Source of the DNA: an uncultured Saprospiraceae bacterium | GTDB taxonomy: Bacteria; Bacteroidota; Bacteroidia; Chitinophagales; Saprospiraceae | Direction of reading: 5' to 3' | Length of the DNA stretch: 64,000 nucleotides | Assembly (NCBI GenBank): GCA_937951615.1 | Contig: CALFBH010000004.1 | Coordinates: forward strand, 63,228 to 127,227 | In this document: one piece after another, positions 27,436 through 35,752 of the stretch | Layout of the letters: the number at the start of each line of letters is the position of its first letter | Position numbering within the stretch: position 1 is the first letter of the stretch | Made by a program: the position numbers and the translations under genes | Notes under the pieces: generated by a model | The model's database searches: none | The model's input: only the letters and a program-made list of their open reading frames with translations | What the model was told of the DNA's origin: nothing

Positions 27436-28464
27436 ATGCCAATACTCTACATCCTAGCAATCCTCATATTCGGCAGCATAGCCTTATTCTTCCTATTCAC
27501 CCAATCAGACCTACTTCCCAAAAGTACCATAGAACGCATCAAGCAAACAAAAGAAAGCAGCATCCCAGAACGCATCACCGGGCAAACAGGCATTGCTCAA
27601 AACGGCAAGATTAAGATCTTCTATGAAGTTCTGGGCAGCAGCAGTTCCAAAGGAGACATCCTACTCGTAAACGGACACACCCATTCCCTCATCGCCTGGC
27701 CAAAACACTTCTACCAGCCCCTCATTGATGCTGGCTATCGAGTCATTCGATATGATAATCGCGGCATGGGCAACAGCGACTGGATGAAAAACTGGACAAA
27801 ACAAAATGCTTACAAGCTCGAAGACATGGCAACAGACGGTATTGCGGTACTCAAAGCACTGGACATCGAAAAAGCACACATCATCGGCATGTCTATGGGC
27901 GGGATGATTGGACAAAGAATGGCGATTAGCCACAGTGAACATGTTCATTCTCTGACTTCCATTATGTCTACCGGGCATTATTTTGACAAAAAAGAAAAAA
28001 ATACCTCCTTCAAATTTTACAAAGGTTTTGTCCGAAATGTTGTCGCTTATAAACCCAATCCAAAAATCGAAGAAAGTACAGTCAAACTCTATGTCGCAGT
28101 TCAGCGTCTCCTTGTCGGAAAAGGCAATTATGATTTTGATGACCAAAAATATATCACAGACACGTTTTACGAAATCAGACACAGAAACGGATTGAATCCA
28201 AAAGCTGGACTCCAACATTCAAAAGCCATAAAATTATCAGGATCAAGGCTGGAAGAACTAGACAATATCAAAGCACCGACACTCATCATACATGGCACAG
28301 ATGACACCTTGATACTGATCGGACAAGGCAAAAAATGCGCCTCAAAAATACCAGATGCAGAGGCTTTGTATGTAGAAGGCATGGGACACGATCTACCCGA
28401 CATTTATATGGATAAAATTCATTCAGCAATATTCAAAAACATTAATTTGGTGATTGGAGATTAG
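27436..28464 (+). CDS. Alpha/beta-hydrolase with an N-terminal membrane anchor
   Basis: Nucleophile elbow GMSMGG, HG oxyanion region LLVNGHTHS, C-terminal GMGHD. Confidence 0.8.
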   Translation: MPILYILAILIFGSIALFFLFTQSDLLPKSTIERIKQTKESSIPERITGQTGIAQNGKIKIFYEVLGSSSSKGDILLVNGHTHSLIAWPKHFYQPLIDAGYRVIRYDNRGMGNSDWMKNWTKQNAYKLEDMATDGIAVLKALDIEKAHIIGMSMGGMIGQRMAISHSEHVHSLTSIMSTGHYFDKKEKNTSFKFYKGFVRNVVAYKPNPKIEESTVKLYVAVQRLLVGKGNYDFDDQKYITDTFYEIRHRNGLNPKAGLQHSKAIKLSGSRLEELDNIKAPTLIIHGTDDTLILIGQGKKCASKIPDAEALYVEGMGHDLPDIYMDKIHSAIFKNINLVIGD

Positions 28465-28562
28465 TAACTGGTGATTAGAAATTAGGGACTGGTGATGGGT
28501 AATGCTCATTTATCACATTTGGAATTTGGTACTTTTTAATTTTGAAATTTTAAACAATAGGA

Positions 28563-30965
28563 ATGATAAAGACTCAAAATAAAACAATACATTTCACAGC
28601 AGAACACGAGTTATTCAGACAAAGTCTTCGGACATTTTTACAAAAAGAAGTCCAACCATACATCAATGAATGGGAAGAGCAACGAAAAATTCCCAAATCC
28701 ATCTGGAAAAAAATGGGCGAAATGGGTTTCCTCGGCCTATCCTACCCCGAAGAGTATGGCGGCATGAACCTAGATTTTTTCTATGATGTGGTGTTCAATG
28801 AGGAAATAGGAAAAATGAATTCTGGCGGATTTGTCATCACCCAGCAGGTCGTTCAGTATATGTCTGCCCCTTATATTTTGAAATACGGAACAGAGAAATT
28901 AAAACAAAAATACTTGCCTGGACTCATCTCTGGCGACCTTATTTCCTGCATTGGCATCACCGAACCTAGCGCAGGCTCTGATGTACAAAACATTCAAACC
29001 AAAGCCATTCGGGAAGGCGATTATTATGTGGTCAATGGCGCGAAAACGTTTATCACGAATGGCGTCTATGGCGATTGTGTCGTCGCAGTGGTCAAAACAC
29101 CCAATGAAGCTGGCAAAATGGTCGTCAGTTTACTTGTTATCGACTTGAATACAGAAGGCGTCAGTCGCAGAAAGCTCAAAAAACTCGGCTGGCATGCCTC
29201 CGATACTGCCGAGCTGAATTTTGATCATGTCAAAGTCCCTGTAGAGCACCTGATTGGTGAAGAAGGACAAGGTTTTCATTATCTGATGAATGGCTTACAA
29301 TTGGAACGGCTCTGCTTTATTCCTGGCAGTGTTGCTAACATGGAATATGCTATTGACGAAGCCTTAACATACATGTCAGAGCGTATGGCTTTTGGTCGTT
29401 CACTCAATAAATTTCAGGTCTTGCGCCATCGCATTGCCCAACTCGCATCGGAAGTCGAAGCCCTAAAAGCATTTTCTTATTACTGCTGCAAATTATACGA
29501 CCAGAACGTTTATGATGTCAAACTTTGCTCTATGGCAAAACTGCTTTGTACTGAATTACACGAAAAAGTAGCCACACAATGCCTCCAGTTTTATGGCGGT
29601 TATGGATTCATGGAAGAATACCCAATGGCACGTATGTATCGCGATGTACGAGTCGGCACGATTGGTGGCGGCAGCTCAGAAGTTATGCGGGAAATTATTG
29701 CAAAAATGGTCATCGACGATGTGGCTTACGCCAAAGCAGCAGGCAATATTCGAGCAAATTCAAATGCAGAGAATCCTATCTCCCCTTTCAAAGAAGAACA
29801 TCAATTATTCCGCCAGGCAGTCCAGGATTTTATGGCAAAAGAAGTCAAACCCTATATTGACCAATGGGAAAAAGACGGAGAAGTACCAAAAAACATGTAC
29901 AAAAAATGCGGTGAAATGGGCTTATTCGGACTCGGGTTCGCCGAGGAATATGGCGGTTCTAATGCAGACATCTGGTACACTGTCGTTCTACACGAAGAAA
30001 TGGCAAAAGTCAATTCTGGCGGATTTGCAGCAGCTATGGGCGCACACTTTTTCCTCGCCCTCGTACACATCAACGGAGAAGGCAATGCCCAACAAAAACA
30101 AAAATATCTACCCCCCGGCATAACAGGAGAATTGATCGGCTGCATGGCGGTTACTGAACCCTTCGGCGGTTCAGATGTCAAAGCCCTCCGCACAACAGCA
30201 GTCCGAGAAGGCGATCATTATGTCATCAATGGTTCAAAGACGTTTATCACCAATGGCGTACTCAGTGATTATATTGTCGCAGCAGTAAAAACCGCCCCAG
30301 AAAAAGGTGCACACGGACTCAGCATGATACTCATAGAACGCGACCGCAAAGGCGTCTCTGCCACTAAGCTCGACAAGCTCGGTTGGAAAGCATCCGACAC
30401 TGGTGAAATTGCATTTGATAATGTCAAAGTCCCCGTAGAAAATTTGCTCGGCAAAGAAAACAGTGGCTTCTATTACATCATGGAACACTTTGTATCTGAA
30501 CGACTCTCTATGGCAACTGGCTCTGTCGCAGCTGCCGAGCATGCCATCGAACTCACCTTGCAATACATGAGCGAACGCGAAGCCTTTGGAAGACCCATCA
30601 ATAAATTTCAGGTACTCCGCCACCGCATCGCACAAATGTCTGCCGAAATTGAAATGAACAAACAATTTATATACAGTTTATACCAAAAATTTGAAGCCGG
30701 AGCATACTTAGTCAAAGAAGCATCTATGGCAAAACTCCTGGCCACCAAGCTATCCGACAAAGTAACGTTTGAATGTCTTCAAATGTACGGAGGCTATGGC
30801 TACATGGAAGATTATCCCATGGCCAGAATGTGGCGCGATTCAAGACTCGGACAAATAGGCGGCGGCACCTCAGAAATACTTTGTGAAATTATTTCAAAAA
30901 TGATGATAGAGGTAAAAGGTTATAAAACAGAAAAAAGAAATTCCAAAAGAGCAATGAGTGATTAA
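28563..30965 (+). CDS. Tandem-fused double acyl-CoA dehydrogenase (two complete ACAD modules in one 800-aa chain)
   Basis: Module 1 (~aa 10-385) and module 2 (~aa 400-790) are collinear paralogs. Matching blocks are FTAEHELFRQSLRTFLQKEVQPYINEWEE / FKEEHQLFRQAVQDFMAKEVKPYIDQWEK, ITEPSAGSD / VTEPFGGSD and YGGYGFMEEYPMARMYRD / YGGYGYMEDYPMARMWRD. Confidence 0.9.
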   Translation: MIKTQNKTIHFTAEHELFRQSLRTFLQKEVQPYINEWEEQRKIPKSIWKKMGEMGFLGLSYPEEYGGMNLDFFYDVVFNEEIGKMNSGGFVITQQVVQYMSAPYILKYGTEKLKQKYLPGLISGDLISCIGITEPSAGSDVQNIQTKAIREGDYYVVNGAKTFITNGVYGDCVVAVVKTPNEAGKMVVSLLVIDLNTEGVSRRKLKKLGWHASDTAELNFDHVKVPVEHLIGEEGQGFHYLMNGLQLERLCFIPGSVANMEYAIDEALTYMSERMAFGRSLNKFQVLRHRIAQLASEVEALKAFSYYCCKLYDQNVYDVKLCSMAKLLCTELHEKVATQCLQFYGGYGFMEEYPMARMYRDVRVGTIGGGSSEVMREIIAKMVIDDVAYAKAAGNIRANSNAENPISPFKEEHQLFRQAVQDFMAKEVKPYIDQWEKDGEVPKNMYKKCGEMGLFGLGFAEEYGGSNADIWYTVVLHEEMAKVNSGGFAAAMGAHFFLALVHINGEGNAQQKQKYLPPGITGELIGCMAVTEPFGGSDVKALRTTAVREGDHYVINGSKTFITNGVLSDYIVAAVKTAPEKGAHGLSMILIERDRKGVSATKLDKLGWKASDTGEIAFDNVKVPVENLLGKENSGFYYIMEHFVSERLSMATGSVAAAEHAIELTLQYMSEREAFGRPINKFQVLRHRIAQMSAEIEMNKQFIYSLYQKFEAGAYLVKEASMAKLLATKLSDKVTFECLQMYGGYGYMEDYPMARMWRDSRLGQIGGGTSEILCEIISKMMIEVKGYKTEKRNSKRAMSD

Positions 30966-31013
30966 AAAATGTCAAAAAGCATTAGTGGTTCAAAAAATAA
31001 AAATGCAAAAAAT

Positions 31014-31084
31014 CAACTATGGACTATCGACCATCGACTATGGACGTAAACACTTAAACTTATTCTTAAACTTAAACTTAAAAA
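31014..31084. repeat. Heptamer array (CTATGGAC/TATCGAC/CATCGAC) followed by CTTAAACTTAA words directly upstream of the 31085 start
   Basis: The sequence reads caactatggactatcgaccatcgactatggacg ... cacttaaacttattcttaaacttaaacttaaaaa. Confidence 0.75.
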
Positions 31085-31828
31085 ATGTTCAGATTAGACA
31101 ATCAAATTGCCATCGTAACAGGTGGCGCGAGAGGCATTGGAGAAGGCATTGCCCAGGTATTTTGCAAAGCTGGCGCGACCGTATATATGTGGGATGTGCT
31201 GGATAGCGGTCAACAAGCTGCCGACAAAATCAACGCAGCAGGCGGGAATGCTTTTTTTAGAAAAGTAGATATCACCTCAAAAGAATCCGTAGAAACTGTA
31301 GTTGCAGAAATTATCGACAAGCATGGAAAAATTGATGTTCTCATCAATAATGCAGGCGTCATTCGCGACCGTTCTATTATGAAAATGACGGAAGCAGAAT
31401 GGAACACGGTTATCAATGTCAATATCAATGGGCTTTTTATCACCACAAAAGCTGTGCTCCCGCACATGCGCGAGGCTGGTTATGGTCGCATCGTCTGTGC
31501 TTCTTCTATCAATGCTGTTAATGGTGCATTTGGGCAAACCAATTATAGCGCATCCAAAGCTGCGACCAGCGGTTTTGTCCGTTCATTGGGCAGAGAAGTT
31601 GGCAAATATGGCATCACCGCCAATGCCGTCGCACCAGGCTTCATCAAATCCGAAATGACGGACAGTATGCCGGATGAAATTGTAAAAGCAGGCATCGCCA
31701 TGATTCCCGTCAAGCGTATCGGAACACCAGAAGATATGGGACACGTCTATTTATTCCTCGCTTCTAAGGAGGCTGGTTTTGTCAATGGAATTACTTTGCA
31801 TGCCAATGGTGGTGTATTGCCATTATAA
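31085..31828 (+). CDS. Short-chain dehydrogenase/reductase, 3-oxoacyl reductase (FabG-like)
   Basis: TGGARGIGEG, NNAG and YSASKAA motifs. Confidence 0.88.
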   Translation: MFRLDNQIAIVTGGARGIGEGIAQVFCKAGATVYMWDVLDSGQQAADKINAAGGNAFFRKVDITSKESVETVVAEIIDKHGKIDVLINNAGVIRDRSIMKMTEAEWNTVINVNINGLFITTKAVLPHMREAGYGRIVCASSINAVNGAFGQTNYSASKAATSGFVRSLGREVGKYGITANAVAPGFIKSEMTDSMPDEIVKAGIAMIPVKRIGTPEDMGHVYLFLASKEAGFVNGITLHANGGVLPL

Positions 31829-31830
31829 GA

Positions 31831-31954
31831 CAGTCCATAGTCCGCAGTCGATAGTCGATGGCTGTTTTTTTAGTGTTCATGTCATTTCAGTATTTCATTT
31901 TGCTTTGCAAAATGTCTTATTTTTCCATCGACTATGGACCATCGACCATCGACC
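31831..31954. repeat. Hairpin element E2 (same family as E1 and E3)
   Basis: Left arm is cagtccatagtccgcagtcgatagtcgatggctg. Core is cattttgctttgcaaaatg (31896-31914). Right arm is ccatcgactatggaccatcgaccatcgacc. Confidence 0.8.
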
Positions 31955-32007
31955 CCACCAATATTACTATTCAATAAACTATTGACCACACACTTAAATC
32001 TCACATT

Positions 32008-32502
32008 ATGTCAGAAACAATACAACAAGAAGCTTACGCCACACGCTTTGAAAAATTAGCTGACTTAGAACAGCACATCGGCAAAGAACTGGGCATTTCT
32101 TCCTGGATTGAAATCACACAGGAGAAAATCGATACTTTTGCGAAAGTAACACAAGACGAACAATGGATTCACGTCGATCCTGAAATGTCCGCCAAACATT
32201 CGCCTTACAAAACCACCATTGCGCATGGTTTTATGGTCTTGGCTTTTGCCTCCAAATTTGCTTACGACACCTTCGGTTTTGATGATGTCACCATGGGCTT
32301 AAATTATGGACTCAATAAAGTCCGCTTTATCAATGCGACCACTTGCGGCTCTTTTCTTCGTGGACGAATTTCTTTATTGTCATTCGAAACCATTGAAGGC
32401 GGTGCAAAGTATATTATGAAAGTCGTTTTTGAATTGAAAGGACAAGAGAAGCCAGCTTGTGTAGCAGAGTTTGTAGCTGTAGCCTATACCGGGAAGTCTT
32501 GA
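32008..32502 (+). CDS. MaoC-family (R)-specific enoyl-CoA hydratase/dehydratase
   Basis: Hot-dog fold motif FAKVTQDEQWIHVDPEMSAKHSPYKTTIAHGF. Confidence 0.85.
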   Translation: MSETIQQEAYATRFEKLADLEQHIGKELGISSWIEITQEKIDTFAKVTQDEQWIHVDPEMSAKHSPYKTTIAHGFMVLAFASKFAYDTFGFDDVTMGLNYGLNKVRFINATTCGSFLRGRISLLSFETIEGGAKYIMKVVFELKGQEKPACVAEFVAVAYTGKS

Positions 32503-32645
32503 TTGATTCGTCGGTTTCGTAAACTTGCGGGTGGGGGGGTGAATAGGGAGTTTGCTAAACCTTCTATGTTTCCCAATGGCAGGTTTAGCAAACTCGCATC
32601 CCGCAAAGCCTTCGCACAAGTTTACGAAACCGATGCAGGTTGATT
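32501..32645. repeat. Nested double hairpin with two perfect 15-bp stems
   Basis: Outer stem cggtttcgtaaactt (32512-32526) pairs with aagtttacgaaaccg (~32619-32633). Inner stem gagtttgctaaacct (32548-32562) pairs with aggtttagcaaactc (32581-32595). Confidence 0.8.
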
Positions 32646-32668
32646 TCCATTTAAATTTAAACTTATTT

Positions 32669-34180
32669 ATGCCTATTCAAACAGGAGAAGAATATATCCA
32701 CTCTTTGCGAAATCGCAATTTAAAGGTCTATCTATTTGGCGAACTTGTGGAAGAACCCGTCGACCACCCAATGATTCGCCCGTCGATTAATGCGCTGGCA
32801 AAGACTTATGATCTTGCGGTAGCTGCTCCCGAACTCGCATCCGTCATCTCTCCATTTACTGGAAAGCGAGTCAGTCGTTTTTTACATATTTGTACCAGTG
32901 CAGATGAATTGGTTTTGCAAAACAAAATGCAACGAAAACTGGGACAATTGACTGGCACTTGTTTTCAACGCTGCGTGGGCATGGATGCTTTCAATTCATT
33001 ATACTCTGTCACCTATGAAATGGATGAACATCATGGTACAACTTATCACAAACGCATGAAGGCTTTTCTGACGATGATGCATCAGCATAATTATGTCGTT
33101 GGCGGAGCAATGACTGATGTAAAAGGCGACCGTAGCCTTGCCCCACATCAGCAGGCTGACCCTGATATGTTTGTGCATATTGTCAAAAGAAGCAAAAAAG
33201 GCGTTTGGATCAGTGGTGCAAAAGCCCATCAAACGGGTTGTATCAATTCGCACTGGATGATTGTGATGCCTACGATGCGGCTGGGCGAAGCAGATAAGGA
33301 CTTTGCGATAGTCGGTGCTGTTCCTGTGGATGCTGAGGGAATTACTTACATCTATGGTCGGCAATCCTGTGATACGCGCAGTATGGAGGGCGGCAGCATA
33401 GACGTTGGTAATGCACAATATGGCGGACAGGAAGCCATGGTTATTTTTGACCAGGTTTTTATTCCCAATGAATATATTTTCATGGATGGTGAATACGATT
33501 TTGCTGCTATGCTGGTCGAGCGATTTACAGCTTATCACCGCAGAAGTTATGTGTGCAAAACAGGGCTGGGCGATGTATTGATTGGCGCGGCGGCTTCCAT
33601 TGCAGAGATGAATGGCATTCCCAAAGCTTCTCATATCAAAGACAAATTGGTGGAAATGACGCATCAAAACGAAACTATTTATGCCACTGGAATTGCTGCA
33701 TCTCATCAGGGTTATGCGACGAAGTCGGGCAACTATATATGTGATGGTATGCTGGCGAATGTCTGCAAACATCATGTTACCAAAATGCCTTTTGAGTTGG
33801 CGCGACTCGCGCAGGATATTGCTGGCGGACTGGTTTCTACACTGCCTTCGGAGAAGGATTTAAACCATCCTGAAATTGGAAAATTATTGCATAAATACTT
33901 GCGTGGCAAAGCAGATGTAAAAACAGAAGACCGAGTTCGCATACTGCGACTGATTGAAAACTTAACGATGGGTCGTAATGCGGTGGGCTACCTGACCGAG
34001 AGTATGCACGGAGCAGGTTCGCCACAGGCACAACGCATACAGATTGGTCGGCTGATGCAATTGGAATATAAAAAAAGACTGGCAGCTATTCTGGCCGGCA
34101 TTGAAGTGGAGACGGATAAAGATTTATTAGTTGAGGAGTTATCCGGTTATTTTAAAAGAGTCTTTAAAATTTCGACATAA
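32669..34180 (+). CDS. abfD: 4-hydroxybutyryl-CoA dehydratase / vinylacetyl-CoA isomerase family (AbfD-type)
   Basis: Collinear with my recollection of Clostridium AbfD. Matching blocks are MPIQTGEEYIHSLR, VDHPMIRPSINA, TGTCFQRCVGMDAFN (Cys ligand region), GGAMTDVKGDRSLAP, YGRQSCDTR, ESMHGAGSPQAQRI. The start at 32669 is preferred. The track start 32552 extends through the hairpin repeat. Confidence 0.88.
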   Translation: MPIQTGEEYIHSLRNRNLKVYLFGELVEEPVDHPMIRPSINALAKTYDLAVAAPELASVISPFTGKRVSRFLHICTSADELVLQNKMQRKLGQLTGTCFQRCVGMDAFNSLYSVTYEMDEHHGTTYHKRMKAFLTMMHQHNYVVGGAMTDVKGDRSLAPHQQADPDMFVHIVKRSKKGVWISGAKAHQTGCINSHWMIVMPTMRLGEADKDFAIVGAVPVDAEGITYIYGRQSCDTRSMEGGSIDVGNAQYGGQEAMVIFDQVFIPNEYIFMDGEYDFAAMLVERFTAYHRRSYVCKTGLGDVLIGAAASIAEMNGIPKASHIKDKLVEMTHQNETIYATGIAASHQGYATKSGNYICDGMLANVCKHHVTKMPFELARLAQDIAGGLVSTLPSEKDLNHPEIGKLLHKYLRGKADVKTEDRVRILRLIENLTMGRNAVGYLTESMHGAGSPQAQRIQIGRLMQLEYKKRLAAILAGIEVETDKDLLVEELSGYFKRVFKIST

Positions 34181-34199
34181 ACGATAAGTAAATATTTGC

Positions 34200-34344
34200 G
34201 TCCATAGTCGATGGTCGATAGTCCATGGCTAATTTAACAATATTCCTAATTTCTACAGGTTTTATGCGCATTTTGCAAAGCAAAATGAAATACTAAAATG
34301 ACCTGATTACTAAAAAGACAGCCATCGACCATCGACTATTGACC
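34200..34344. repeat. Hairpin element E3, inverted copy of the E2 core
   Basis: Left arm is gtccatagtcgatggtcgatagtccatggc. Core is cattttgcaaagcaaaatg (34269-34287). Right arm is gccatcgaccatcgactattgacc. Revcomp of 34265-34340 matches E2 31850-31914 over ~75 nt with few mismatches. Confidence 0.8.
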
Positions 34345-34420
34345 ATTTTTGACGGGCCAGCGCCACCACAGCATTTTAGTTTTAAAGCATTGTTGTACAA
34401 GGGAAAAGCTTTTTTTATTT

Positions 34421-34444
34421 TTTTAACTAAAAATTTAGTTAAAA
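34421..34444. promoter_or_regulatory. 11-bp-arm palindrome upstream of the ATPase gene (possible operator or hairpin)
   Basis: ttttaactaaa-aa-tttagttaaaa. It lies 66 nt upstream of the ATG at 34510. Confidence 0.35.
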
Positions 34445-34495
34445 GCCCAACCTTCTTTATCTTTGCTGCGTTATGTGAAATGTAACACTTTTGTT

Positions 34496-34503
34496 TATTT
34501 TTG
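34496..34503 (+). promoter_or_regulatory. Possible Bacteroidota -7 promoter box (TAnnTTTG)
   Basis: tatttttg matches TAnnTTTG. It is only ~7 nt from the ATG, so the transcript would be nearly leaderless. Weak call. Confidence 0.2.
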
Positions 34504-34509
34504 TGTCAA

Positions 34510-35751
34510 ATGAGTGAAAAAATCATCATAGAAAACTTTGGAGGTATTAAAAAAGCCTCCATTCAACTGAACCGGATTAATATTTTTATCGGGCCACAGG
34601 CATCGGGTAAGAGTGTAGTGGCGAAGTTGGTTTATTTTTTTCGGACTTCTATTGGAAACTTAATTGATGGTGGACTAAGTCATGTTACACTAGAAGCGAT
34701 AAGAGAAGGAGAGTCACTTAGGTTTGAAAAATATTTCCCTTCAAATAATTTAGGAAAAAATGACTTTTATTTAAAATATCAAATTAATAAAGAATCCATC
34801 ACAATAATAAAACAACAAGGTAAGGTAAACATTGAATATAGCCCTAAATTTGTAGCCTTACGCAAAGATATAGAGAAACTACTAGACCCAGAAGATGGTG
34901 AGCACAACAAAAAACACCCTGCAAGGCGATACCATGAAATAATATTAAGTGGTATTCCACACCGCTCTGTTAAAGAAAAATTTCCTGCTTCCTCTAGTTA
35001 TAGATCAACACTTATTCCGACAGGAAGATCATTTTTTGCTCAGGTTGAGGCAAGCATTTTTTCTTTGATACAAAATAAAATCCCCATTGATACTTTCTTA
35101 ATCAATTTCGGTGTTACCTACGAAAGCGCAAGAGGTTTTCATAAAGACCACACAATTGATCCTTCTATAACGCAACATATAGACCAGTTAGCATTGTCTA
35201 TACTTAAAGGTGAATATCTCAAAGAAAATAAGAAGGATTATATCGTACATAAAGATGGAAGAAAAGTAGAAGCAAAATATCTTTCGTCAGGACAGCAGGA
35301 AACTCTTCCCTTGATTCTTATACTTCGGCAGGCTGCTTATTCAAATTCTATGGTAGAGCCAGAGTCAATGATGCTAATCGAAGAGCCAGAAGCCAGTATT
35401 TTCCCAGTATCTCAACAAGAAATCGTAAAACTCATCGCTACTGTTTTTAATGTAGCCCAAAACACACAACACTTCCTAATTACCACCCACAGTCCATACA
35501 TTCTAACTGCGTTCAACAACCTCATACAGGCAGGTCTTATGATAGAAGAGGGAATTGATAAGAAGAAAATACACAAAATAGTCCCTGAATTTGAAGTCTT
35601 AAAATCGGGCACAGTTAGTGCTTTTCTGATGAAAAATGGCAGGGTTAAAAATATTATGGACAAGGAGTCAGGATTGATTGCCGCTGATTTAATTGACGAG
35701 GCTTCTGAGAATATTTCCCTTGAATTTGATAAATTGATGGATCTATACTGA
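34510..35751 (+). CDS. ABC-type (SMC/RecF/OLD-like, AAA_15/AAA_21-type) ATPase with no fused effector domain
   Basis: Walker A GPQASGKS, signature-like YLSSGQQE, Walker B/D-loop MMLIEEPEASIFP, H-loop ITTHSPY. The ATG at 34510 is preferred over the track's TTG at 34501. Confidence 0.85.
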   Translation: MSEKIIIENFGGIKKASIQLNRINIFIGPQASGKSVVAKLVYFFRTSIGNLIDGGLSHVTLEAIREGESLRFEKYFPSNNLGKNDFYLKYQINKESITIIKQQGKVNIEYSPKFVALRKDIEKLLDPEDGEHNKKHPARRYHEIILSGIPHRSVKEKFPASSSYRSTLIPTGRSFFAQVEASIFSLIQNKIPIDTFLINFGVTYESARGFHKDHTIDPSITQHIDQLALSILKGEYLKENKKDYIVHKDGRKVEAKYLSSGQQETLPLILILRQAAYSNSMVEPESMMLIEEPEASIFPVSQQEIVKLIATVFNVAQNTQHFLITTHSPYILTAFNNLIQAGLMIEEGIDKKKIHKIVPEFEVLKSGTVSAFLMKNGRVKNIMDKESGLIAADLIDEASENISLEFDKLMDLY

Positions 35752-35752
35752 T

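Noticed and set aside
32552-32668. N-terminal extensions offered by the ORF track (32552 for abfD, 36235, 51419, 53999, 14420, 62132, 34501, 61424)
   Set aside because: The extensions run through repeat hairpins or use TTG. Internal ATGs give canonical N-termini, such as MPIQTGEEYIHSLR, signal peptides and MSDQQKF.
32999-33775. Large antisense ORFs inside confident genes (32999..33775 258 aa; 14862..15389; 9477..10049; 27661..28218; 60869..61312; 25467..25928; 24135..24581)
   Set aside because: The opposite strand carries a gene with clear family motifs. The antisense products are low-complexity with no motifs.
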